Source: Octopus sinensis (taxonomy: Eukaryota). From it: a stretch of 64,000 nt of DNA. The notes beneath the pieces are model-generated. The model saw only the letters and a program-made list of their open reading frames with translations. It made no database searches and was not told where the DNA came from. Location: assembly GCF_006345805.1 (NCBI RefSeq), contig NC_043002.1, positions 8,184,001 through 8,248,000 of the forward strand, written 5' to 3'. The position numbers were made by a program, and so were the translations under genes. Below, one piece after another: positions 50,700-64,000 of this stretch (the first letter of the stretch is position 1; each line of letters begins with the position of its first letter).

Positions 50700-51760
50700 T
50701 TCCTGATGGACTCATAATATAGAGGCAGGTGTTACATCACTGGTTAGTACAGCGAACTCACCATGCAGAATGGAATATCCAAAGTTTCAGGCAGAGTCCT
50801 TCATCAGGGAAAAGTTGAGAGGACAGAATTTAACGAGAGACAGCAGAGTTTTACATCTAAGTTTAAAAATTGGCTGCAACTGATACAAGACCACAGGAGC
50901 TTCACACATGAACAGGATGTGGTAAGACAGAGGAAAACAGAGTGGGAGAAGTAGAAGACAAGAAAATAGAATGAGGATGAGAAGCTAGGGAAATTCAGAG
51001 TTAGGTGAAGGGAAAAGATGAGGCGAGAGGGGAATTGGAGAATAAGAATGAGTTTAATGAACTAAAAGAAAGTGGAGGTAAAATGTTCATTTAAACCGGG
51101 TGCCAAGTTGGAATATGAAATAGTGTTTCTTTGGTTCCTTGAAAATGTGAATCCATGAGGTGCAGTGATGCCACCCACTAAAAAGTGAGCGATAGAATGG
51201 CCTCTAGTATTGAAGTGGGCGATGGCAGGTTGGCCTGGCATATATATATTTCTTTACTACCCACAAGGGGCTAAACACAGAGGGGACAAACAAGGACAGA
51301 CAAATGGATTAAGTCGATTACATCAACCCCAGTGCATAACTGGTACTTAATTTATCGACCCCGAAAGGATGAAAGGCAAAATCGACCTTGGAGGAATTTG
51401 AACTCGGAACGTAACGACAGACGAAATATGGCTACGCATTTCACCCAGCGTGCTAATGTTTCTGCCAGCTCGACGCCTTCCTGGCATATATAGTAGGATG
51501 CTTTGAATGTAATTGGCAAGGTGTTGGTCTGTCACTCCAACAGAAAGGGGGCTGCAAAGTTTGCAAATGCCATGATATAATTGGACAATGTGTGATAGAA
51601 GTTCTGAGTAATTTGATATTATGACTAAGGCCCATTGATGGTTGTAGTGTTGTTAATATAGGGGCAGGTGTTACATCACTGGTTAGTACGTTTAAAAGTG
51701 CCTGGTTGTGTGGGCCTGGAAAGACAGGAGCAATTGTAGGGTCAGAAAGTAGATTCTACC
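50700..51760 (-). mobile_element. Second Penelope-like element 3' end (GIY-YIG region + pLTR with hammerhead remnant), split by a SINE
   Basis: PTQPGTFK...CNTCPYI.NTTTI.GP and PAIAHFNTRGHS remnants; CTGATGA-AGG/CCT-GAAAC at 50778-50810. Confidence 0.65.
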
Positions 51761-52684
51761 AAATACTATAATAATACACGTCATGCTGATGCAAACTCTC
51801 TTTGCATCTGTTTGAATCACGCACAGACACACACAGAGGGAAATGTTGAATAAATGATGCAATGTTGTGAGTTGATGGAAGAAAAATGAAATAGTAAGAT
51901 CTGAGAATGTTGGGCTTCACAAAGGAGTTGCTGCAGAAGTAAGAGGAACAAAGAGTGGCTGTGTGGTAAGTAGCTTGCTTACGAACCACATGGTTCCAGG
52001 TTCAGTCCCACTGCGTAGCACCTTGAGCAAGTGTTTTATACTATAGCCTCAGGCCGACCAAAGCCTTGTGAGTGGATTTGGTAGCCGGAAACTGAAAGAA
52101 GCCCATTGTATATATGTATATGTATATATATGTGTATGTGTGTGTATATATTTGTGTGTCTGTGTTTGTCCCCTCAACATCTCTTGACATCCGATGGTGG
52201 TGTGTTTACGTCCCCGTAACTTCGCGGTTCGGCAAAAGAGACCAATAGAATAAGTACTAAGCTTACAAAGAATAAGTCCCGGTGTCGATTTGCTCAACTA
52301 AAGGCGGTGCTCCAGCATGGCCACAGTCAAATGACTGAAACAAGTAAAAGAGTAAAAAGAGAGCTAACTTATAAAATCTGTGTGTATCAAATTTACATTT
52401 AAGTCCATGGATGAGGAAGAGGGAAAGGAAGGATAGTCGGAAAAAAGATAGAGGGAGAGGAGTGGAAAAAGAAGAGGTGGAACATTGCTGGTCTTCCTAA
52501 ATTAAGGGCCAGTGCCGTTAATTGCTGCAGGCTGTCTTCTGTCTGTAAAGAAAACATGAAGTAACAAGGAGACCTCTATATAATCACTTGACAAGCTGGG
52601 AATAAGAGTAAAATTTCCCTCGAATCATACACCTGCCATTACTGGACCATGTGGTTACCAATGCATATGTGTGTATGTGTGTAC

Positions 52685-53235
52685 TTGTGCATGCTCACAC
52701 ACATATTAATCATCTGGAAGCCGTTCAGCGACATGCAACCAAGAGAATACCCTCCATCACGCATTTGCCATATTCTGAACGCCTTACTTCCCTGGGCATG
52801 GACACATTGAAACTCAGACGTCTGGCAGCTGACTTGGCAGACACCCATAAAATTATTAACCATCTTGCCAACAATAACTCTGAGCACCTTTTCAAACTCC
52901 ACCTGTCTAACACCCGTGGACATGTTTACAAAGTCAGAAAACAGCACAGCTCCTTCCATGACTTTCGGAAACATTTTTTCAGGCTAAGAGTTGCTGAAGC
53001 ATGGAACAAACTGCCGGCATCAGTTGTTAGTTGTCGGAGCACTGCATCCTTCAAAACTTCCTGAGATTCGCCAACATTACACCTGATTTTCTCCCCTCCA
53101 TACACACACAGGCATGTATCTGACTCATACACTGTTCACTTCCCAGGCATTTGTACATTACTGCATATGCTTTATATGCACTTTTTGACAAGTTGTGGTG
53201 CACCTGAGCACTGTATACAATAATTTCATTAATAT
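52685..53235 (+). mobile_element. CR1-type LINE 3' end; second copy at 55713-56160
   Basis: LEAVQRHATKRIP...YSERL..L...TL..RR, TRGH..K, FF.LRV..AWN.LP, (ATT)n tail. Confidence 0.88.
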
Positions 53236-54744
53236 TATTTTTAGTTCTTATACAAAAAACATGATGGCCAAGGCTGGAATAATTCTAATAGTAGGCCTGC
53301 TCAATGAGAGCTGATATGCAGCTGACCAACAACAACAACAACAGCATGAGCATTAAGTGGAAATAAAGGTCTGGGCAAAGCACTGGATACAGGGTTCTAT
53401 GAGAGTGAGTTGGAGAGGCGGATAAATGAAGTGAACTAAGATAGAAGTAATACTATTCAGCTCGTTAGTGCAGGTGTAAAGTATTGTATAAACGACATAG
53501 CCACTACACAGACATCCAAATCCCACACAGTTTAGATATGTTGTTTCGTAACAAACTGATGAAGTATTAACAATAACCGTCCGAGAAGCAAATATAATAA
53601 GCTGGAAAATATTTTAATCAGATCTACAAAGTAATAATTAACTGTATCAATTTCAATAAAAATCAACAACAGATAAAGTGTTATAGAAACATTCTTAATT
53701 AATCTTGCCAGATTAACAGCTAGAACTTAAAATCCCAAGAAAAGTTGGGCAATTAACTTAGCACTACTAAAAAGCACATTATTCTAAATATGATAATTAA
53801 CGAGAATAATTTGATTAAAATACAAGTTCTGTATGGGATACTTAAGAACGATTTCATCAGATTATACTTCTTATGTCAGCCAAGGCTTTAATTGTTAATC
53901 CATCCAAGATCTGTATATTAAGTATCAGTTATGTACGAAGTGAGATTCACTAAAATAAAATAAAAAAATATTGTAATTTGTTTTCAACCATGAGGTCATT
54001 GGTCAAGATTTTTATGGCCAGAAATTCTTCCAGTTGCTCACTCCAACTTGTTTAGAAGCAAAATATTTCTCCTATGTTGACTAGAGACCAAGATCTTTGG
54101 AAGTATGCTGTGCGTGAGAAGACCCGGCAGGACAAGTGAGACCATAACCCATGGCCTCTACCTGGGATGTAGCCAGTCCACTTATGCATACCTTTCCTTC
54201 TTGGGACACAAAACTCTACTTGTGAAGACCTGTTGAGGCAAGTGAGAATCAAAATCAAAATTGATCAACATCAATGGAAATGGTAGTTGTGATACTAGTG
54301 CCGGTGGCACGTAAGAGAACCCTCCGAACGTGATCGTTGCCAGCACCGCCCTGACTGACCTCCGTGCCGGTAGCACGTAAAAAGCACCATCTGATCGTGG
54401 CTGTTGCCAGCCTCACCTGGCCTCCGTGCCGGTGGCACGTAAAAAGCACCATCCAATCTTGGCCGTTTGCCAGCCTCGTCTGGCACCTGTGCCGGTGGCA
54501 CGTAAAAAGCACCCACTACACTCTCGGAGTGGTTGGCGTTAGGAAGGGCATCCAGCCGTAGAAACATTGCCAAATCAGACTGGAGCCTGGTGCAGCCTTC
54601 TGGCTTCCCAGACCCCAGTTGAACCGTCCAACCCATGCTAGCATGGAAAGCAGACGCTAAACGATGATGATGATGATGATGGTTGGACATGCTTTTATGA
54701 AGTATGCTAGTGAGTGGCTTCCTGCTAATCAGTTGAGTGTGGAG

Positions 54745-55040
54745 GCACATGGCCTAGTGGTTAGAGCAGTGGATTCGCAGTCAAAGGATAGTGGGTTCAA
54801 ATCTCAGATCGGGCGATGTGTGTGTTTATGAGCGAAACACCTAATCTCCACGCGGCTCCAGCAGAAGGTAATGGCGAACTTCTGCTGACTCTTTCGCCAC
54901 GACTTTCTCTCACTCTTTCCTCCTGCATCTTGCAGCTCACCTGCGATGGACTGGCGTCCCGTCCAAGTGGGGAACCTATACGCCAAGGAAACTGGGAAAG
55001 CGGCCCTTATGAGCCAGGCATGGCTCGAGAAGGAATAAAC
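54745..55040 (+). mobile_element. tRNA-derived SINE (related head on - at 40790-41110)
   Basis: A box TGGCCTAGTGG, B box GGTTCAAATC; shared body CAC.ACTTTCTCTCACTCTTTC. Confidence 0.7.
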
Positions 55041-58000
55041 AAACAAAAAATCAGTTGAGTGGCTTTTCTCTGAATGAGATCTAGGATGACTCTATCTATG
55101 TAGCAGCAGCACTTTCCCAGGTGTGGGGATAGAACTACATTCTGAGTATCTCACCTGAGTTTTATAGAAAGTTTGTAGTTGTTGAAGGCCGAAGCATTTT
55201 CAAGCTCTGTAAAGAAAGGCTGCTACTTCTAGAATGTCAGTTGCCCATGTACAAACTTCATCAATAAAACACTGAAAGGGAACCATACTGAATCCTCTAA
55301 AACATTTTGTTTATAGCAATAAGAACTGCAATTATATTATGTTCCCCTGGCACCTGTGCCGATGGCACGTAAAAAGCAACCACTACACTCATGGAGTGGT
55401 TGGCGTTAGGAAGGGCATCCAGCTGTAGAAACACTGCCAGATCTGACTGGAGCCTGGTGCAGCCTCCTGGCTTCCCAGACCCCAGTCAAACCGTCCAACC
55501 CATGCTAGCATGGAAAGCGGACATTAAACGATGATGATGATGATGAATGTTTGTAAAAATTAAAAAAACAAATTAAGGGGAAAAAAACAAGTTAGAGAAG
55601 GGGTGCATAAAGGTTTAGGCTTTTCAGAAGTACAGCCCGCTAAAATTCCCCTGCATATTTTACTCAAGGGCGGACTATACTCGAGGATTTACGGTATACT
55701 AAATATAGCATTGAAACTCCAACGTCTGGCAGCTGACTTGGCAGACACCCATAAAATTATTAATCATCTTACAAACAATAACTCTGAGCAGCTTTTTAAA
55801 CTCCACCTGTCTAACACCCGTGGACATGTTTACAAAGTCAGAAAACAGCACAGCTCCCATGACTTTCGGAAACATTTTTTCACGCTAAGAGTTGCTGAAG
55901 CATGGAACAAACTGCCGGCATCAGTTGTTAGTTGTCGGAGCACTGCATCCTTCAAAACTTCCATGCTTCCTGAGATTCGCCAACACTACACCTGATTTTC
56001 TCCCCTCCATACACACGCAAGCATGTATTTGACTCATACACTGTTCGCTTTCCAGACATTTGTACATTACTGCATATACTTTATACGCACTTTTGACAAG
56101 TTGTGGTGCACCTGAGCACCGTATACAATAATTTCATTATTATTTTTATTATTATTATGATTATTATAGCATCATCATCATTTCACATATAATTTTCTAA
56201 GATCACATGGGTCAGATAAGAGTATGATGGGGCACAGTTTTCTATAACTGGAAGCCCTTCCTGACACAGAACCCCACACCTGTTTTCAAGTAATAATCTC
56301 CCCAGTCAATGTTATGCAGAGAACGGGAACCAAGTAACACTGTTTGTATGAGCCGTTTGTTTACAAAGATTATGCAATATATCAAGGCATGTCAAGAAGC
56401 CTGGACATGTTTGTGTGGTGGTACAGTTTACATGAACACAGCACAATATACATGAAGATAAAGGGAAATACGAACTAGCTCACTTAAACACACACACATA
56501 CATTTATATATAAATCTCTGTTGATTCTCCAGAAGTAATAAATTACAGGACTCAATACAGTTGTAGAGTATTCTTTAATATTATTATAACTGAAAGACTC
56601 CAACTTCCAGTTGTTCATTTCCATTCATCAGCTGTTAAACCAAGCCTGCTTTTTTTTTTTTAATGTTCACTGTTCATTCAAGTATGATCGTTACCAGCAT
56701 CGCCTTACTGGCACTTGTGCCCATGCTAGTAGTGTGCCAAAAGCACCATCTGAGCGTGATCGTTGGCAGAGCAGCCAACTGGTTTCCGTGCCGGTGGCAC
56801 GTAAAAGAGCACCATTTGAGTGTGATCGTTACTGGCACCTGTGCTGGTGGCATGTGTAAAACGATTCAAGCGAGGTCGTTGCTAGTGCCGCCTGACTGGC
56901 TCCCATGCCAGTGGCACGTAAAAAGCACTCACTACACTCTCAGAGTGGTTGGCATTAGGAAGGGCTGTAGAAACTCTGCCACATCAAGATTGGAGCCTGG
57001 TGCAGCCATCTGGTTCGCCAGCCCTCAGTCAAAATCGTCCAACCCATGCTAGCATGGAAAGTGGACATTAAACGATGTGATGATGAGTGTTCAAATATTT
57101 TTTTGAAATATAAAATAAAAGTTTAAAGAAAACAGTTATCATTATGTTATTTTGTTTAAAAACTTTGTGAATAACGCATACAAAATCAGCCATTTCTGCT
57201 CGCGTTTTTAATTTCATTTCTGGTTCTCATGATAATATTATAAATGTCTTAAATTTCATGCGAGTGAAGTCACTCTAATAACTTTAATCATGAATTTGCA
57301 TTGTAATGTTTTAAAGTAATACTTTTAATGTTTTTAAAAACAATGAATGTGTATGTAAATATTCATTTTGCATGTGGCCATGCAGATGCATACATATACA
57401 CAGAATTATATATACATGTATGCATATACATATACACACCCACATATATCAATAAACCATTAATGAAACATATAGACCCATTAATCTAGAAACCAAAGAG
57501 TCAGCAGAAAAAAAACTGCAAACAGGTGACGGCAGAATGCTTAGCGTCCTAGCCCTTCTTTTATAATGCTTAAGGACCATAGAGTAAACTTTGAGAGTAA
57601 CCCTAAGAGCTGATTGATTAACCCAACAAAGATTGATTAACACTACAAAGCCAGAGTTAGGTGTAATGAACAAAAAATATTACAAGAGATCATTTTCAGA
57701 GTAAATCATCTCTAGATATATAAACGGCAAAATGTGTGTGTGTGTATGTGTGTGCGTGTCCTTTATACAAATCCACAATTTTTCAGTTAGAGGGCTTTCA
57801 CTTTCTATGGTAATTCAAAACCATCCAAGGGTGGCCGTGCACATCTTTTATAAGTAAATATATAAACTTATATCCTTATGTACTGAGTCAAAATTAGGCC
57901 CACAAGAGCATTTTCAGTTGCAAAGGTCAAAGTTTGAATCAATCTGTTTTATTTTATTTTATCATTTCACAAGACCCCGGCAGTTGCCAGTGCCGCTGGA

Positions 58001-59545
58001 CTGACTCCTGTGCAGGTGGCAAGTAAAGAAACCCCGTTTCGACCCTGTGCTCGAGGAGACCTATTGAGTCAAGTACATCAACATCAAAAATCAATGGAAA
58101 TTGCAGTTGTGATTCCTGTGCTAGTGGTACGTAAAAAGCACCATCCAAATGTGGCCAATGCCAGCACCGCCTCAACTGGCTTCCGTGCCGATGGCACGTA
58201 AAAAGCACCAACTGATCATGGCCATTGCCAGCCTTGCCTGGCACCTGTGCAGGTGGCATGTAAAAAGCACCCACTACACTCACGGAGTGGTTGGCGTTAG
58301 GAAGGGCATCCAGCTGCAGAAACTCTGCCAAATCAGACTGGAGCCTGGTGCAGCCTCCTGGCTTGCCAGTCCTCAGTCAAACCATCCAGTCCATGCTAGT
58401 ATGGAAAGCGGACGTTAAATAATGATGATGATGATGGACACTATATTTTGGTTAGCTTGATAATAGATTGTCAGCAAGTGTCTTATTCCTGAATATACAC
58501 ATACTAAAGGAATGTCTATAAATAAGAAACTGTTATAATAAAGGTACCTAGTTTGAATCCAATTCACTATGTAACTATCAAGTAACACACACACATATAT
58601 ACAAAAGTTAACCCAGAATTGAACTCTGAATGAAATTACAACCGTGCTTCATGGTCTGCTACCACAACAGCTCCTTTATAGGATCCAGTTAGCTCAAGAC
58701 ATCATCAGGAGGAACCACGTCCGGTTTCGGCCCCTACTCCTCAACTGTTTTGATGTGGCGGGGCCCCCTCTTTCGGAGGTGTCTTCAGCTCTGGTGTTGG
58801 GTGCATGTCTTCTTTCTTCTGTTCCCTGGCCTCTTTGATATATCGTCAGCGAGTGTCAGCCGGTGACTGACTGACACCGGTTGACATTCGCTGTAAAGAA
58901 TTGGAAGAAATATAGTAAGGCATTTTGCTCAATGCTCCAACAGATCAACCAATCCAGTGAACTTGAACTCTAGGTCAACAATGATGATCTCTTAATTATT
59001 TTGAAATGTAACTAACGTTTGAATCAAGACTTGTACTTTGTGTCTTTAGGGTATAATTTGTAGTGGTACTTGTTAAGGAATCAATTTAGTTGTAAATTGG
59101 TTTCAGGTTATATTTACAATCGTAAAAGGAGTGAATAAAGGAAAGGCTTGTAGCAGCAGAAGCAGTCAGCGCCATATTGGATGAGATCTCGTGGCAGCCA
59201 TCGCCATTACCGAGACTGGAGCAAGACCTCACCTGCATCCATTTGCCATGTGCGAGATTACAACAAGACTCACGTTGGCAAACTGTATATAAGGGCAAAA
59301 CAGAAACAGATTCATTCTCTCTTTCTGCTTCTACGCAGCAGCGCTTGCTGAGCACACTTCACTGGATGGGCCTGTCTGCATGTTGTCCCTCCAGAGGCAA
59401 TGTACCCGCACTAATGGAGATACAGCACCACACACATGACAACCCTGTATTCTTAGAGATTCATAAAATTATATTGTACAAAGTTTCTACAGCTATTCCT
59501 AGAAGTTTGGGAAATACTATGAGTTTAGCTCCATAATCCATAAAA

Positions 59546-61045
59546 TATGTGGTCTGATCAATAAGCATCTGGACTGTTGCTATAGTAACGAAGCTAAAGC
59601 ATGCAGAGTGAAGCCACTTGACACAGATTCACCTTGAACTCTGATGTGCATGCACACTAAGTTTTAATGTTCTGACTCACTTCTGCTGTTTACAGCAGTG
59701 CTTGGAAGGAAGGTGTGTAGTGCGTGATTGTTGCATTGACCATGACAGAAAGTCGAGAAGAGAATCTTTTGGAGATACCTGCTCAGATGCCTATGCAAAG
59801 TTTTAAAAAAGTTATCAACAGCCACCAACTGATCGTGGCCGTTGCCAGCCTCCCCTGGCACCTGTGCCAGTGACACATTAAAAGCACTCACTAGACTCAT
59901 GGAGTGGTTGGCATTAGGAAGGGCATCCAGCTGTAGAAACACTGCCAGGTCAGACTGGAGCCTGGTGCAGCCTCCTGGCTTCCCAGACCAGTCAAATCGT
60001 CCAACCCATGCTAGCATGGAAAGCAGATGTTAAACGATGATGATGATTGTCCTGAATACAATCCAGAAGATCTTGTACAACTGAAACTCAAGTGTCTTTT
60101 TGTTCGGCTGAAAGCAGTTTTGGCACAAACTTGGCAGACAAATGTTTCATACCCAAATCTTCAGTGATTCACTGAATTGAACCGTAACTAATCTGCACAT
60201 CCTCTGATAACTCACGGAGGGTGATTCAACAATTTTCCCTCACAGCTACATTCATATCTGTGATGTTTCTCTAAGTTGTGGGTCTCCCAGAACATTCGTC
60301 AATATCGACAATTTTCGACCATCTTGAAAATACCTGAATCACTCATACACTTGCGTTTGACTCATACACCTTCTGCAACATTGCGTAGACCTCTGAGCAG
60401 GTATCGCCATGACAACTTTCTCTGTCATAGTCAATGCAACGATCACACTACACATCATCATCATCATTCGACCGTGGTCGAGACAATAGAATTTACTATG
60501 TTACACCAGACATCATGGTCCATCATTGCATTACGGAGGTCCTTTTGTTGGATGCCTGTATCCCTGGAGATTACATCAGGGTAGGAGAGTGTGCGCCGTC
60601 TGGTGTCGCGAGCAGATAGCTTCCAGAGGAGAAGAGTAGAAATTACCTCATTTTCAGCTCTACAACAATGTCCAGCAAACTGGACTTTTCTACCTTTCAC
60701 AAGAGATGATACAGATGGTAATTTCCCATATATTTGTGCTTTGGTTGGATGACGCTTCCATGAGAGATTTTGAGCTCTCATAAGGAGACGAGTGTAAGTT
60801 CCATCCAACCGCCTCTCAAGCTTCTTTGATAACGTCCAGGTTTCTGAGCCATATAGTCTGAAAAGACACACTACACACCTTCCTTTCAAACACTACTGTA
60901 AACAGCAGAAGTGAGCTAGAAAGTTAAAACTTAGTGCATATGCACAGCAGTGTTCAAGGTTAATCTGTGCCTAGCGGCTTTAATCTGTGTGCTTTGGCTT
61001 TGTTACTATAGCAACAGTCCGGATACTTATTGATCAGACCTTGTA
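59546..61045. mobile_element. Mariner structure with two inward-facing 5' ends, interrupted by two LINE insertions
   Basis: GGTCTGATCAATAAG..GGACTGTTGCTATAGTAAC at both ends, inverted homology of about 270 bp, TA flanks; the minus arm continues into transposase-like sequence to about 60050. Confidence 0.75.
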
Positions 61046-61234
61046 TAAAATTGTCATGAAATCAAAAATATTTTGGCTTTTTAAGTGTCACTAAGAGCCA
61101 TTATATTTCATGTGAGTGTATAGTCACACATGCACATGTGTGAGTGTGTTTATGTATGCGTGGGGGTGTGTATACATATATATACACACCTTGGATTGCA
61201 GAACGACTTGCTGTGCTTACCTTGGATCGTAGGG

Positions 61235-61650
61235 TGACCTGCTGTGCTTGAGGAGACCTATTGAGTCAAGTACATCAACATCAAAATAAATATCAAATGG
61301 AAATTGTAGTTACAATACCCGTGCCGGCGGCACGTAAAAAGCACCATCCGGACGTGGCCGATGCCAGCGCCGCCTTGACTGGCTTCTGTGCCGGTGGCAC
61401 ATGACCTGCTGTGCTTGAGGAGACCTATTGAGTCAAGTACATCAACATCAAAATAAATATCAAATAGAAATTGTAGTTACAATACCCGTGCCGGCGGCAC
61501 GTAAAAAGCACCATCCGGACGTGGCCGATGCCAGCGCCGCCTTGACTGGCTTCTGTGCCGGTGGCACATGACCTGCTGTGCTTGAGGAGACCTATTGAGT
61601 CAAGTACATCAACATCAAAATAAATATCAAATAGAAATTGTAGCTGTGAT
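61235..61650 (+). repeat. 167-bp tandem repeat (2 full + 1 partial unit) within an RTE 3' UTR copy
   Basis: TGACCTGCTGTGCTTGAGG recurs at 61235, 61402 and 61569 with near-identical units. Confidence 0.9.
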
Positions 61651-61884
61651 ACATGTGCTGGTGGCACGCAAAAAGCACCAACCGATAGTGGCCTCTGCCA
61701 GCCTCCCCTGGCACCTGTACCAGTGGCACGTAAAAAGCACCCACTACACTCACGGAGTGGTTGGCATTAGGAAGGGCATCCAGCTTTAGAAACACTGCCA
61801 GATCAGACTGGGCTTGGTGCAGCCTCCTGGCTTCCCAGACCCCAGTCGAACTGTCCAACCCATGTTAAACGATGATGATGATGA

Positions 61885-61918
<34 letters not shown>

Positions 61919-61978
61919 CGGGAAGCTTTATGAAAATAGACAAAAGACGAAGGCAGGTGGAAAACAAACACACACACA

Positions 61979-62195
61979 CAAGGGGGTGCTGAAAAGTTCC
62001 TGGCTTTAATAGAACTGCAAAAAGCCAGGTTGGAGGCCTAACCTCCTGAGTTCTTTTATAGGTTAAAAAAAACTTAAGGACCACTGCAATAAGTGTGTGA
62101 ATCTGAGAGGGGAACATATTGAATAAAGATCACAATTAATTGATCCTCCTGTATTTTCTTTTACCCAAAGCCAGGAACTTTTTAGCGTCCCCTTG
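61979..62195. mobile_element. Mariner-derived MITE
   Basis: TIRs CAAGGGGGTGCTGAAAAGTTCCTGGCTTT / AAAGCCAGGAACTTTTTAGCGTCCCCTTG, with TA at the right end. Confidence 0.8.
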
Positions 62196-64000
62196 TATAT
62201 GTGTGTGTATGCCTGCGTGTATACGTATGTATGTATGTATAACCTCATAACTTTGCTATATGGTCATGAAATTCACTTCACTTAACTACGTGGTTTCAGG
62301 TTAGAACCCACATAACACCTAGGCTCCCACAACTACCTCAGAGGCTGACTGATTCTTTACGAATGAAATTCAGAAGATAGAAACTGTACAAAAGCTCATC
62401 ATATGTGTGTAAATATGTGTGTGTGTGTGAATGTTTATCTCCATGTATCTTCACATTGACACTATTTGAATTAACAGTGACATTCTGCTTACTTCTATCA
62501 TCATCATCATCGTCTAACGTCCGCTTTCCATGCTAGCATGGGCTGGACGGTTTGACTGAGGGCTGGCGAACCAGACGGCTGCACCAGGCTCCAATCTTGA
62601 TTTGGCAGAGTTTCTACAGCTGGATGCCCTTCCTAATGCCAACCACTCCGAGAGTGTAGTGGGTGCTTTTACGTGCCACCGACACAGGGGCCAGTCAGAC
62701 GGTACTGGCAACGACCTCGCTCGAATATTTTTACACATGCCACCAGCACACGTGCCAGTAAGGCGACGTTGGTAACGATCACGCTCGAATGGTGCCCTTT
62801 TATGTGCCACTGGCACGTAAGCCAGTTGGCTGCTCTGGCAACGATCATGCTCGGATGGTGCTCTTGGCACCCTACTAGCACAGGCACAAGTGCTAGTAAG
62901 GCAACGCTGGTAATGATCACACTTGAATGGTGGATTTTATGTGCCACTGGCATGGAAGCCGGTTAGCTGCTCTGTCAACGATCACGCTCATATGGTGCTC
63001 TTTGCACCCCGCTAGTACGGATGCCAGTTATCGAATGTGATTTTGATTTTGATTTGATTTGATTTCACTTACCCCAACAGGTCTTCATAAACAGTAATCC
63101 ATAGCTCAGTGGTTTCAACTTGTGAGGACCAGGGAGACAAAATATTTGATTATGTCGTAGATTTTGTTCCATAGTTTCAGTTGTTGAAGAGTAAAGAGAT
63201 GTATGTGTATGATCATTTATCTGTCTATATGGAAATGATTTAAAAAAAAAAACAATCTTACATATGATTCATTGTGGGTTCTTACACCATCATCAAACAC
63301 CTGCTTTCCATGCTTTGTCACAGACTGGCGATTCAGTTCATCTCTAGCTCAGTTCATGTACATGATGTCAATAAGCCACAAAAATGATGATGATCATCAT
63401 CGTTTAACGTCCGTTTTCCGTGCTAGCATGGGTTGGATGGTTCGACCAAGGTCTGGGAAGCCAGGAGGCTGCACCAGGCTCCAGTCTCATCTGGCAGTGT
63501 TTCTACAGCTGGATGCCCTTCCTAATGCCAACCACTCCATGAGTGTAGTGGGTGCTTTTTACGTGCCACCAGCACAGGGGCCAGGGGAGGCTGGCAACGG
63601 CCATGATCAGTTGGTGCTTTTTATGTGCCACCAGCACGAAAGCCAGTCAAGGTGGTGCTGGCATCGACCATGTACGGATGGTGCTTTTTATGTGCCAGGG
63701 GAGGCTGGCTACAGCCATGATCGGTTGATGGTTTTTACATGTCACCAACACGGAAGCCAGTCAAGGCAGCGCTGGCATCGGCCACATACGGATATCCATC
63801 ACACTTGGATGGGACTGGTACTTATTCAATTGGTCCACTTTGCTGAACCAGTAAGTTATGGGGATATAAACATGCCCACCCTGGTTGTTAAGCAGTGGTG
63901 GGGGACAAACACACACAAACTTTGGTTAGCGCAAGGCTATAGCAGAATACACTTGCCCAAGATTACATGCAATGGGACTGAACCCGGAACCATGTGGTTG

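Larger units (their letters stand above)
1370..63790. repeat. About 30 dispersed 5'-truncated copies of the RTE 3' UTR, both orientations
   Basis: Shared block GAGTGGTTGGCGTTAGGAAGGGCATCCAGCTGTAGAAAC...CCAACCCATGCTAGCATGGAAA..GACGTTAAACGATGATGAT, identical in type to the tail at 26860-27123. Examples: 1370-1590, 9686-9995, 15160-15625, 17330-17665, 19760-20100, 20760-21115, 22910-23225, 29430-29725, 34630-34960, 46110-46530, 50235-50610, 54080-54680, 57975-58435, 61230-61885, 62500-63070, 63390-63790. Confidence 0.92.

Overview
AT-rich, extremely repeat-dense animal genomic DNA; the SINE/LINE repertoire looks cephalopod (most likely Octopus), inferred from recognition, not a search. Two host genes are supported. 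(1) A complete 7-exon PSMG2/PAC2 proteasome assembly chaperone gene on + (CDS 8626-21312, 284 aa), behind a CpG-rich promoter with NRF1/ETS-like motifs. (2) A large minus-strand exon (31833-33694) of a TRIM-type protein (two B-boxes, coiled coil, NHL propeller) whose RING exon I could not locate. Nearly everything else is transposon-derived: an RTE LINE with a PHD finger plus about 30 copies of its 3' UTR, further RTE, CR1, Tx1, Gypsy and Penelope fragments, mariner and a DD36E Tc1, several MITE families and tRNA-derived SINEs. The most notable unannotated signal is a set of minimal type I hammerhead ribozyme motifs. One has an intact core and lies sense within the TRIM intron, inside a fold-back element. 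Another forms the tail of a tRNA-headed SINE. No rRNA, genuine tRNA or CRISPR array was found. Repeat boundaries are approximate (read by eye).
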